Below are positions 53,301 to 64,000 of a DNA stretch of 64,000 nt, one piece after another. Under the pieces are notes generated by a model. The model did no database searches. It was given only the letters and a program-made list of their open reading frames with translations, and was not told the origin of the DNA. The position numbers and the translations under genes are program-made. This stretch comes from Marsupella aquatica (Eukaryota > Plantae > Marchantiophyta): contig OZ316897.1 in assembly GCA_973895155.1 (NCBI GenBank), forward strand, positions 22,915,455 through 22,979,454. The letters run 5' to 3'. The stretch's first letter is position 1; every line of letters begins with the position of its first letter.

Positions 53301-54487
53301 GATGATTAAATTTAGTTGGAAAGATGCAATTTTCTTGTCGACACTAAAAAGATTATGATGCTCTTTGGACCAAGCCAGTGAAAGCACTAATAAGGTTATG
53401 ATGCTCCTTGGACCAAGCCAGTGAACCATGCAACCCTGACACCTTTTACAACAGCACTGGTGATATTTCTTGTTCCCAAAAAGCTTTCAACAACAGTATT
53501 TGACATTCAATATCTCATTTTCTATCCCACCAAATTGGCTCTTCTTGGGCTTGCTAGAAGGAACTTAGAAATATTAGATTGACTTTCTAGCCACTCTAAT
53601 AGCATGGAGGGCAGATTCAACCAATCTAATCTTGGAGAGCACATGGAGGACTCACCCCTCATTTGTCTGTGTATGGCAAACCAAAGGAAAGGATTCTTTT
53701 TTACGGACCCCCATTAGGGGTCCTTTGCAAAATTCCTGGCTCCACAGCGCGCCACATCATCATGGCACACTGCAAACAGAAAGAGACTTGTTTTTGGATA
53801 AAATTAACTTCTACATTTGTGTTTGTGGCAAGTTTTTTGTAAAAACTGGGACGCCATGCCGTACAAAAGAATGTAAAAAAAACTGACATGCAAATCAAAA
53901 GACAAAAAGATTGAGGTAAAATTGCTCCCAATAACTGTTTGATTTACATTTTGATATTATTCAAAACATAAGTTTTTCTTGGTAGCAATTTTAGATTTGA
54001 CATTGCTGAGTCAAATCATAATGAAAACTCACGTATAATATGGCGTTAGAAAGATCTTGAAGAGACGGTCCTCATGAGCTCAACATTGTCATCATTCGGT
54101 AAGGATTGAGTAAGTAATTTGAAAAATAAAATTCACCCGTGATTTCACAATCTCTAATGTGAATATAAATCTTTGTTGTACAACCCTTAAATGTTGACCC
54201 CCTCCATGAGAATGAACCTAAAATTGACAGATTTCATTGAGTACATACTAAGGAGATTGTAAATTTTAAAATTCTTTAGTTTTTTAATGAACTTAACATT
54301 GATAGATTTAGTTGAGTTATGAGGAGATTATAAGTTTCCAATGTTCTTTAGCTTTCCAACGAGTGTAACATTGGGAGATTCTATCAAGTACTAAAGTGGT
54401 CATGAGTTTCTAAATTTCTCTAGTTTTCGATAGATTCCAAATTCCACAATTGGAGATTTGCTTCCATGAAACTTTTTGTCTTAAATG

Positions 54488-55473
54488 GAGATATATGCTT
54501 GATGGGCCCCCTGGTGAACCTTTCTTACCTGATGGGCCCCTAGGTAACTTTTTTTACCTAATAGGACCCCTCTTAATGACCAGTACACTTGTTCTTGTGT
54601 GGTGCCTACACCTGTCCTTGTGTGATGCCTACTATGGATGGTGACTCCAAGCGAACTGCACAGTTGAACCGTGCGGTTGACTTTACATGGTCGACTAAGA
54701 AACCATAGAGATTATTCGGGAGAAACCGCAAAAAGTGACTGCCGTTGTCGAAACTGCGATTTGAAGACAATATGCATTATGTCTTCGGATTCACTGGGTT
54801 AATGCCTGAAGACACAATGGATTATGTCTTCGGGTTCAAATTTTTACCGTATCGTGGGGTAGTTATTAGGTATGTTTTTCACGTTGCGCACATGGGTTTT
54901 TCATGATGTTTTCATGCACGACTGTCAGCGTCAGTGTTGGGTACCTCCAAATGTCCACAAAGAATATTCAAGAAAAATGTTCGGAATTTGCCTATTGCCG
55001 CCACAACAAAAATTGGCAAATGATTGACAAAATGATAATACTCCGCTATGCAATGCATACAAACAATTTCAAAAGAAGACAGACCCAAAGGTGTCGGGTA
55101 CACCCTAAACCCTAAACCTTGAAACACGGGAAGACATAATCCATTGAGTCTTCAGGCATTAACCCATTGAATCCGAAGACATAATGCATATTGTCTTCAA
55201 ATCATAGTTTCGACAACGGCAGTCGCTTTTCGCGGTTTCTCCCGAATCATCTTTGTGGTTTCTCGGTCGGCCATGCAAGGTTGAGCGCACGGTTCAACTG
55301 TGCAGTTTGCTTGGAGTCACCATACATAGTAGGCACCACACAAGGACAGGTGTAGGCACCACACAAGAACAGGTGTACTGGTCATTAAGAGGGGTCCTAC
55401 TTGGTAAAAAAAGTTACCTAGGGGCCCATCAGGTAAGAAAGGTTCACCAGGGGGCCCATCAAGCATATATCTC
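54488..55473. mobile_element. Non-autonomous Mutator-like element with ~345 bp TIRs and 10-bp TSD
   Basis: TIRs start GAGATATATGCTTGATGGGCCCC and end GGGGCCCATCAAGCATATATCTC; similarity extends to ~54831 and ~55130. GTCTTAAATG flanks both ends (54478-54487 and 55474-55483). Confidence 0.92.
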
Positions 55474-56602
55474 GTCTTAAATGATTATGCAAAGTTAATG
55501 ATTTGATGACACCGATGACTTCTCTCTCTTCGTCTATCTGCGTGTAGGAATTGAAGTGATTACTTTCGATGCAACTTGAGTGCATCCAGCACCCCATCGG
55601 TACTGTGGAAGAAACCGGCGAGCACCGTTTACTGAAGTGGGCAATTAAGCTACCCACACATTAAACAATAGTTCACATTGCAGCTGGTTTTACAATTGAT
55701 GTTAATTATGGTCGCCTTGGTAAGTTTGGCAACTGTTTCAAGTGTCAAACAGTGACTTGTCCATTTTGGAATTTATTTTCTTTAGATTTGGAAGTCCATC
55801 TAGGCTTCAATTTCTAGATAAGTGTCTCTAAAATAACATGGGGGTCCACGGATTAATTTTATTGATAGAGTGAAGAGTCATCACATTCACTTTACTACTG
55901 TTTACTTATTATGGAAAGTACCATTTAACTCTTAGACCTTCCTAGATTTAAGGAGCACCTTACAATAATTAACTCATTGATTCCATTTTGCAACACATGT
56001 ATCTAAATAGCCATTAATTTTCCTAGATTTAAGAAGCACCCTCAAAATATGACATATACTAAACCTCCTTATTTTCTAAATCAATGAGTGCACACCATAT
56101 GTTAACACATTTTGATGTGATTACCAGCCGGAGTCAAATTTGGCTATTTGCGCTGTTGCCTAGATACTGTCCTGGAAGTCATAAACATTTGTATTTTTCC
56201 TGACTCATTTATCTGAGTCATCATATCTTTCAAAGAGGATTTTTTTCCTCCACAACCACTACTAAAATATGAAGTGTTCGTGAAAACTGTAAGTCATGAA
56301 TATCTAAAGCTTACTCCATCACTCACTGCCCACACTTTGAGTCTCAAAAGGTTTTTGAGTAGCTTATGGAGCAGTTAGCTTTCATGTTCTTTATCTCCCT
56401 TGATATCCATTATCTGATTTGTGTGGACTTGTTAGCAAAGCCTTAATAATTTCAGGCTTAATTGGGGGCTTGATATCGTCAAATTTCATTAAGAATTGAG
56501 AGACCTGCAAATTTTCAGTCTTGTTTTCTCACTCATCAGTCTAATATGTGCTATATGAGCAGTTTGGCAAACATGGATGTCTATGGGATTTCAATTTGCA
56601 AT

Positions 56603-57121
56603 AACAGCTTTTTACTCACCTGTCCCCCAAATTATCTGATGTTAGTGATATGCCCCCCCAACAAGATTATTTATCAGCCTGCCCCCCATCTCCTATATAC
56701 AAGTTCCCATTGCCATGTGGCAAGTCACTACTGGATAGCCTTAACCTGTCATGACCCCCTCGCCCCCATTCCCCTTCCCTGTTGGAGGGCACAGTTGTAG
56801 GTCTGGGAGGTCATTTTTAGCTCCACACTCTCCTCACAAAAACTTGACACTTTCGGCCATCATTTTTACTCAGGAACACACAGCGGGGAAGGGGAAGGGG
56901 GGCCCTGGTGGGTTATGGCTAGCCAGTGGCAACTTTGTCACATGGCAATGGGAACCCGCATATGACTTTACACTAACCAGAATACAAAATGGGGGGGTGG
57001 GTAGATAAATGATTTTGTTTGGGGGGGGGGGGGGGTTCATGTTATTGATTACATGTAGTTTTGGGGGACACGTTACTTATTGATATTGGTTACTTTTGGG
57101 AACAAGTTGGTAAAAGCTGTT
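56603..57121. mobile_element. Old MITE/foldback element with imperfect inverted arms
   Basis: AACAGCTTTTTAC... pairs with ...GTAAAAGCTGTT. Internal mirrored blocks: TGTCCCCCAAA/TTTGGGGGACA, GTTCCCATTGCCATGTG/CACATGGCAATGGGAAC, TTCCCCTTCCC/GGGAAGGGGAA. Confidence 0.7.
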
Positions 57122-57769
57122 TCCTGTAAAAACAGTGTAACACGAGAAAACTTAAACAAACAAAATTATGCCAAAAATTTCCCAACCCAAGTGAGTCAAA
57201 AAAGCTTCTTGGGCGTCACTCATGCAATTCTGCAACACTTTACCAATAATATATCACACTGCAAAAGTACAAGAGACCCCCAAAAAGTGGAGACAGGTCC
57301 CACACGGAAAAGGCCCAATTAAGGGGAGGCCAGCAAAAAACACACAAAGAAAAAAGCCCACCAATCGGAAATGGTATAATGCCTGTGGATAACAAGAGAA
57401 CCTTAGGCACATGCCAAAGGTCTATGTAATGGAAACTCATTTAGAAGGAGTCAGATTTCTACTTATGGCTGACTTTACTGAAAGGTCTAATATAGTATAG
57501 TATCTTAAAAATAAAATAACATAAACCACTGTAGACTGATGCCTGCGGCGGACAGGAGGAGAGGACCATAGGCATAAGCGAAAGGTCTGGGTAATGGAAG
57601 GTGATTGTATGGGATGCCTTTGACTGGATGTTACAATTCGAGTGAGATCTGGACCTGTATATTCAATGGAGTGGTGTAAATAAAATCTTGCAGGCTTCTT
57701 TGGGTAGGGAGAAGACAATAGTGATACCATATTGCCATGCCAAAATATTTTTGTTTTCTTAGGAAATGT

Positions 57770-60275
57770 AATTGCCACTAAGGGGAGAATATACACATAC
57801 TTTATATAGAAAAAGGCCAAATAGAGTACAAAAGAATAAACAAGAGAGGTCCCAAGTGGACAAAACCAAACGCAAAAGAAGTGAGCAAAAGGAAACCCTA
57901 AAAACCAAGAAAGAGGAACTAAAAGAAGTGAGCAAAAGGAAACCCCTAAAAACCAAGAAAGAGTAACTAAAACTACCGCAAATGGACCGAGGTCCTCATC
58001 ATACCTAGCAAATGTGGCTACAAGCTAGTGGTCTACATCAAGTGTCGAAACTAGATCGGCAAGTGGGACAGGAATGTCCTCTAGGGGGGCTAGCCGCTGC
58101 GGAGTCACACTAGCACCCACTGTCAGAGATCGACGATAGACGGCCCGAGCTTGAGCACGCTGTAAGGTGACTGAAATGCGTTGGCGAAAGTGCGTGGTCA
58201 AAATAGATAGCGGGGGCCCGGTGGGACCCATCCGGCCGTGAACATCCCGAGCAGCTTGGCGAAGAAGCCCGTCGAACTGATGATGAAGACGCCCAAATAG
58301 CTCAAGAGCAAGGGGCAGGAAGCTATCAGATGAAGCTCGTGCAGCATATTTGGCCTCCTTCGTTTGTGCTGCTCGTGATGCTGCTGCCCCTGCCGTTGTT
58401 GCCGCTGTCCCAATGATGTCTTGGCGCAATGGGTTTGCCACCACTACATCTGCCAAAGTACGGTGACCGTCACGGACCATGGAAAGATCCACCCGTAACC
58501 GCTGTGATGGAGGACCAGGTAACTCGAGCACCACCTCCCGCCGCGCGCAGACCAAAGAGCCAGAGAGAACCTGAGCAGTCGCATCTCTCACAGCGTCGTG
58601 AACAAAAATGGTTTCGCCGCCCAAACTGCATCGAAGAAGATGGACACCTGTGGCATCACAAGGCTTCCCACAAGTGCAAGTAGGAGGTAAACCAGCAAGA
58701 AGTGGGTGGGGCAAGCCCATACGAAGACGCATGGCTGTCGCAAACTCCGCTGAAGACATCCGCAGGTGAGGAATGACTGGATTGGCCTGAAGCCAGCCTC
58801 CTGCGCCCTTCCCTCCAGAAGAAAGAATCCGAGCTCGGTCCGTGTCAGGTGCCTCGGTGAGGATGCTGGAGAGGGTGAAAGCGTGCATATGCCCAGCAAG
58901 GTCTGCCTGAAGACGGACGGGGTCCAAGGATAAAAACTCCTGGAATGAAGGTAACGCAGCTCGAACAGGATCGGGTAATGATGACCGAGCCGTGCGCAAA
59001 TGAACCTGAAATGGGAGGGAACCCTCCTCGACCTCCATGAGAGATGAAAGTAAAAAAGGTCGATCCTCAGTAAGGAAACGATCTGCCAACAATGAGAAGG
59101 CGGCCGCCCACGCGCCCAAGAAGGCCAAAGGTGCAAGGCGCTCAGTGGAAGTAAGCCCAAAACCACCGTGAGAAATAGGAAGACTGAGCTGTCGATGAAG
59201 CCACGGAGATGAGAGTAAAGTACCTGGCCCTAAAAGAGAGGCCAAAGTCTCACGAATGGAGACATCAAACGCTCGGAGGTGTAGAGAAAGATCCTCGGTA
59301 GGGGGATGTGTCCGAGCCAAATAGGACGCACGAGGGTGGATGCATCTCAATAACAACCCAAATGCTGTCTGAGAGTCTGCTAACTTAGGGAGCATAGGAG
59401 TAGGGGCTAAGGCAGCCTGGAGAGCGTCAGCAATGAAAGATGAGCAAAAGGAGGCGGTACCGACTGGGGAGCCAAGGACCCGAAGACCGTCGGCAGGACG
59501 TAAGAACCCAGGGGGAAGCGCAAGATCAGAGGGTAACCCAGCTGGACTCCATGCACGACTCTTCACCGGCTGTACTCGTAAACCGAGGCCCAACAAATGG
59601 GTGGAAAGGGTGGCGAGGGCAGAAGTAACAGCAAAAGGTGGACCAATGATGTGGGTGTCATCTGAAAGGGAGGGGAAGATACACTGGGGGTGGGCCGCGG
59701 AGGCTTCTCGTTAAGCAGTAAAATGGGCAATGGCAAAAAGAGGCCCACCCAAAGGGTCACCCTGACGTGTACCTTCTGCAGAAGAAAGAGTGGTATACAC
59801 TCCTGTAGAGGTGTGATGACTATAGAAGAGGGGGGCCTCACACCCATAAAAATAACGGACAAAGGGGATAAGGGACTGGATGTCTGGATCCGCTGCCCTC
59901 AAAGCACGAAAAATTGCTGCCCGAGAAACCGTATTGAAAGCATTGGAGACATCAACCTGGAGGACAACCCAATCAGGGTGGAGGTCCAAGGTAGTACGAA
60001 TACCCGCAATAACTGTCTCACAACCGCCAGGAACGCCCACTGCAAACTGATGTGGAGAGAGATGATCCGATAGTGCAGAGCGATACTGCGATGAAAGTGC
60101 GCGAGACACCAGACGAAGAAAGACCTCTCCAATAGCTATGGGCCGAACACCCGGTGAAGACTTAGCCATGGCCAATAAACGAGAAGCACTCAAAAGCCGA
60201 GAGACGGGAGGAGACAAACGGCCGGCAGCAATACACTGGCAAAAGGAGAATAAAACTGGAAAACAGGATCCTCAG
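57770..60275 (-). mobile_element. 5'-truncated CRE-clade non-LTR retrotransposon (RT + zinc-knuckle-like motif + restriction-like endonuclease), one in-frame stop
   Basis: ORFs 59711-60217 and 58025-59596 share a frame and are separated only by a TAA at 59711-59713. RT motifs: GVRPIAIGEVFLRLVSR, QFAVGVPGGCE, LQVDVSNAFNTVSR, GTRQGDPLGGPLF, PSLSDDTHI, LPISHGGFGL. Then CTCGKPCDATGVHLLRC, HDAVRD, RVDL, LADVVVANP and KEAKY (RLE). A T-rich 3' UTR follows; the 3' boundary is approximate. Confidence 0.88.
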
Positions 60276-60280
60276 TCTGG

Positions 60281-61423
60281 TTACAATAGTGCCACCCTTT
60301 TTTTCCACTATTCTCATTGTAAACTTGTCACTGTTGCCATATATGGGTTACTTTGGTGAACTCGTGTTTCTCCCTGATTTGCTACAATTTCCATCCATAG
60401 GGTTAGAACTTCTTTCCTGGCTGCGTAGGTGAAAAGTCCTGTGCGTGTTGGCATCGCTGCCGTCAGTCTCCTGCACGAGACATTTTTGAATCCAGGATCC
60501 CATGGAGATTGCGACAACGTCAGTTTTCTTTGAGAAAAAAATGATGAAGATGGCAGAGATTGTGGCAACTGCACGGAATGTCATTGAACGCTGCATAATG
60601 GGAGAGAAAACATGAGAGAATAATGGATACACACGGTGATGCAAAGCAAAAATGCTTAGACATGTGCATAGTCACAACAATCGCACAAGCCTTTCATGAC
60701 AGCTGCAGCTCAATATTCGAATCCAAGCTCTTTGGTTATCACAAACATCAGTATTCAAACAGAACAAAGTTGCCAAAGTAGTTTACGTACTGACACTCCT
60801 GCGATGGCATTTTCTTGTCGTGCTGTATCCAGGTAGATGAATGGCTTGCTTCCGACCAGACTATTTCATGAGATTGAGTCATTCTGTCCTCAGCGCAATG
60901 CCTGATTTTCTTGCCAAATTTCTGTTGTTGCACTGCATTTGTTTCAGATTAGTTTCATTTTTGTGCATTCGTGCGGAGTTCTGAAGGTTATGTATGGTAC
61001 ACGGAAGACATTGAAATGCGAGCATGTGAGCTTGAATCTATCTTCTGTTCTTTCCTATGTGTGTCGAGTGGATTCCTCTCTCAACACTGATAATAGCCAC
61101 CCCAGAAAGGCAGATCGAACCGAAAATTGAAGAATAGTGGACACAAGAATAAGGAATGAACAATGCCCGTTTCACTATGTACATCAAAGCAGTCACATGG
61201 ATATTCATGCCCAATGCATTGCCAATCACTACTGCCAACAAGCCGAGTCTGGATCACTTTTCACCTACACAACCCCGACTGAAGTTCCCACCCTATGCAG
61301 TCTGGATGGAAATTGTTGCAAATCAGGTAGAAACATGTGGCGGAGGAGTTCACCGAGGTAAACCATATACCCAAACCATGTCAGTTTTACAAAATAATAC
61401 AAAAAAGGGTGGCAGTATTGTAA
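60281..61423. mobile_element. Degenerate TIR (MULE/foldback-like) element abutting the truncated 5' end of the CRE element
   Basis: 60281-~60440 (TTACAATAGTGCCACCCTTTTTT...CCTGATTTGCTACAATTTCCATCCA...GTAGGTGAAAAGT) is an imperfect inverted copy of ~61256-61423 (ACTTTTCACCTAC...TGGATGGAAATTGTTGCAAATCAGG...AAAAAAGGGTGGCAGTATTGTAA). No clear TSD. Confidence 0.65.
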
Positions 61424-61680
61424 TTTTGGAAAACTTTAGTCGCATCTTAAGAGCTGTTATTTGAGAATTAAGCCTTGATGAAGCCAGGGGTTTGTTTTGG
61501 CCATTCCAGGGACTGCGTAACATTTTGCCTTACTTCACACCCTAAATTCACAACCAGTATGTGGGTCCAGCTGGGATTTGCTACCACCATGTCTATCATT
61601 GTTTAAGTACCCTCTCCATTAGAACATTGCCTTATCACAACACTGCCCACAACATTGCCAAAAGAATTACATAGAAATTC

Positions 61681-61724
61681 ATATATATATATTTATTTAT
61701 TTATTTATTTATTTATTTATATTT
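61681..61724 (+). repeat. (AT)n(ATTT)n microsatellite
   Basis: ATATATATAT followed by about seven ATTT units. Confidence 0.85.
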
Positions 61725-62110
61725 AAATGTGTCAAGTGAACAATTGCAACCCTTCAATTAATAAATTTTTGATTCATAGAAAGAGTAGGTCAGGTTTCAT
61801 TTACTTATTCTCTCTTTCCCACATTGATTGATTGATCTTCAGCATCTTCCTATGCAAATCAAGGTATGCCCTCCAATAATCTTCCAAATGTCTGAAAATT
61901 ACGGATGTTGATTGAACATATCATGATGGATGTGTGCCTTGCTCAGTCCAGAAAATATGACTGACTTGATTTTCAATTTGTTTATTGACTTCATTATTGT
62001 TTATGTGGGAGTTGAGAGACAAATGTGGCTTGATTGGTCCTGAACCTTTGGCGGTTATGACTGGATTGACTAACAATGCTCATGGTGGGATATTGGTTGG
62101 TATTTTGCAG

Positions 62111-62215
62111 AGATTCTCAATTTGCTGAGGTTGTTGATAATATTAGAGATGTTGCTAACAAGATTACATCTGATAGAAAGCTATTTGTGGGGAGACTTCA
62201 CAAGCTTTGTGTGAT
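62111..62215 (+). pseudogene. Possible pseudo-exon of a UBA2-like RRM RNA-binding protein gene
   Basis: Flanked by TTTTGCAG and GTGAGT. Translates DSQFAEVVDNIRDVANKITSDRKLFVGRL, resembling plant UBA2 (IRSVASADPVHRKLFVRGL). No intact neighbouring exons were found. Confidence 0.3.
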
Positions 62216-64000
62216 GTGAGTGTAATTATGGATTGCCTGCCTAAATAGGTGTTAATAAACATTGTTTGAGAGTGAACCAAAAATGCACAATTCTTTCTTT
62301 TGTTGGTCTGAATTTTGGAGATTTGAGGGCTAGTTTCAATTGGATTCGTACCCTCACATTTTCTTCAGGTTCTACCGGTAAGAAAAGTATCTTTGCACTA
62401 GTCATGCTTCCCTAAAATATACCTTTATTCTCACTATGAGGCCCCTCAAGAAAGAACTCATTTTTGTTGGCTGCATGCTTTGGGCAGGGATATTAATTAG
62501 GGTGTGGGAAGATGTGAGGGTTTAGATGAAATAAATGTTCTAGATGAGGATAATACCCTTCTATAGATGTTTGCACCTCTCAGGAAATTATGAATCAAAG
62601 ATGTTACAACTTAAGGCATTCTGATACACACATCCGCAAGGGTCGGTGTATTGTTTGACCCCAATTGTGACCTTAACATCAATAAATTGCAAACTGTTGT
62701 CATTTCAAATAAAATTATCAGTTCTATCAGCTGGACTCTACAATTGGCATTACTTGTTTTGTGGGTACAAATAACATTTGAGGAAGGTGATTATTGGGAT
62801 TAATTTAGGGTTAAGATGGGACAACATTTCCTGGATGGCCATAATCATAAAGGTTAGCAAAGTAATTTCATTGTTAATTTACACTCAGGCTGTGTGGTAT
62901 ATTGTAGACTATCTTTCAACTTTTGCTTTACAATTTGATTGGCATTTTGGGCTTTGTTTGCCTATTGTGCCCCCCTTCCAAAATAGTAATTATTTTTTTC
63001 TAAATATTTGCAAAAGGCCTGAACAAGGGTGTCAAGGTATGGTTGCGTTTTAGTCAACCCACTATTTCTTTGTTAACATGTTTTAGACAAACCCGTACTA
63101 TCCAATTGCTCACCTGGCCTCCTTAATTTGTGTGTGAGGGCTCTTCCCATCTTTGCTAGCCTACTGCCGCCATCCAATTCAACCATAAAAGAGCTTTGGA
63201 CGAATGTTTTCTCTAACCTGCTCCCCAAACTGATATGCGCAAACAACATCCAGAACCAACATTGTACATCTATGGGGGCTTTTCTTCAGGGTTCCAAGAA
63301 CAATAGAGAAAATTAGACTCCATAACCCTATATACAACATTGACAAGATGCTTAGATGGGCTCACAAAACCAGATTATCAGGGTTCTATGATTCCATAGG
63401 GGCATCTTGTCAACCTTTGTGTCGATGAGTGATAATACACACATCAAACTATGCTCCATAGCACAATTTAGGGGTATTTGGTTGCCCGTTTGGTTGATGG
63501 CCCCCCAAAAGAAAAGTGTTGCTCCATAGTACCCCTGAGTGATCCGAACCGTTGATTGACCATGATAGAGTTTCAATCAATGTTCCCCAAAACTCAAGAG
63601 TCCTATCAAGTAACAATGTTATCTTAACAGAGGGCCTTTGTGTTATTGTTGGGTCCGATTGTGCCCATCAGAGTTTCCAGAACCATTCTTTAGGTCTATG
63701 AGGGCTTTTCTCTAGGGTTTTGAGATCCAGAAACTCCTCAGGAATCTGAGCAGTGGTATCTTTTCTTGATTTTGTGCTCGATCTTTGCGATTCATTGTTT
63801 TCATGTTTGCTTCATTGAAATTGGAGCTCACTGTTCTCTTCATGGTCTACTACTGCACTATCTAAATTTTCTGTAGTCCGTTTATTATAAAGTTTGCGCC
63901 TCAAGTGTCTAAGGAATCTCCATTGAATTCTGGTATTGACTGGAGCAGAATCATCATCGCTGGTTTCAAGGGGATTATGCTGACCGTGCCTTTCAATGGA

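Noticed and set aside
59711-59713. In-frame TAA in the CRE ORF as programmed readthrough or an RNA-editing site
   Set aside because: Most simply a point mutation (e.g. TTA to TAA) in a dead copy; U-to-C stop repair is known only for organellar transcripts.
63100-64000. Long minus-strand frame with scattered stops at the window end
   Set aside because: No recognisable domain and it runs off the window; likely a degenerate TE ORF.

Overview
Intron-rich nuclear DNA from a land plant; gene structure, long GA/CT-rich 5' leaders and a CRE-clade retroelement suggest a non-seed plant, probably a bryophyte (inference). Six intact spliced protein-coding genes could be assembled by hand: chloroplast thioredoxin m (-), ZIP-family transporter ZTP29 (-), Sec61 alpha (-), plant organellar DNA polymerase POP/PolI-like (+, with a probable GC-AG intron), a small EthD-domain protein (+, candidate horizontal transfer from fungi or bacteria) and an ALMT anion channel (+). 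Intergenic DNA is rich in transposons: several Mutator-like foldback/MITE elements with long TIRs (three with 9-10 bp TSDs), a truncated LTR retroelement nested in Copia remnants, a probable Copia solo LTR, and a 5'-truncated, otherwise nearly intact CRE-clade non-LTR retrotransposon with a restriction-like endonuclease. No tRNA, rRNA or CRISPR array was recognised. The most notable items are the EthD gene with its duplicated upstream region and adjacent ~1.1 kb hairpin element, the CRE retroelement, and the GC-AG intron at the POP Exo I motif. All assignments come from motif recognition by eye; no database searches were run.
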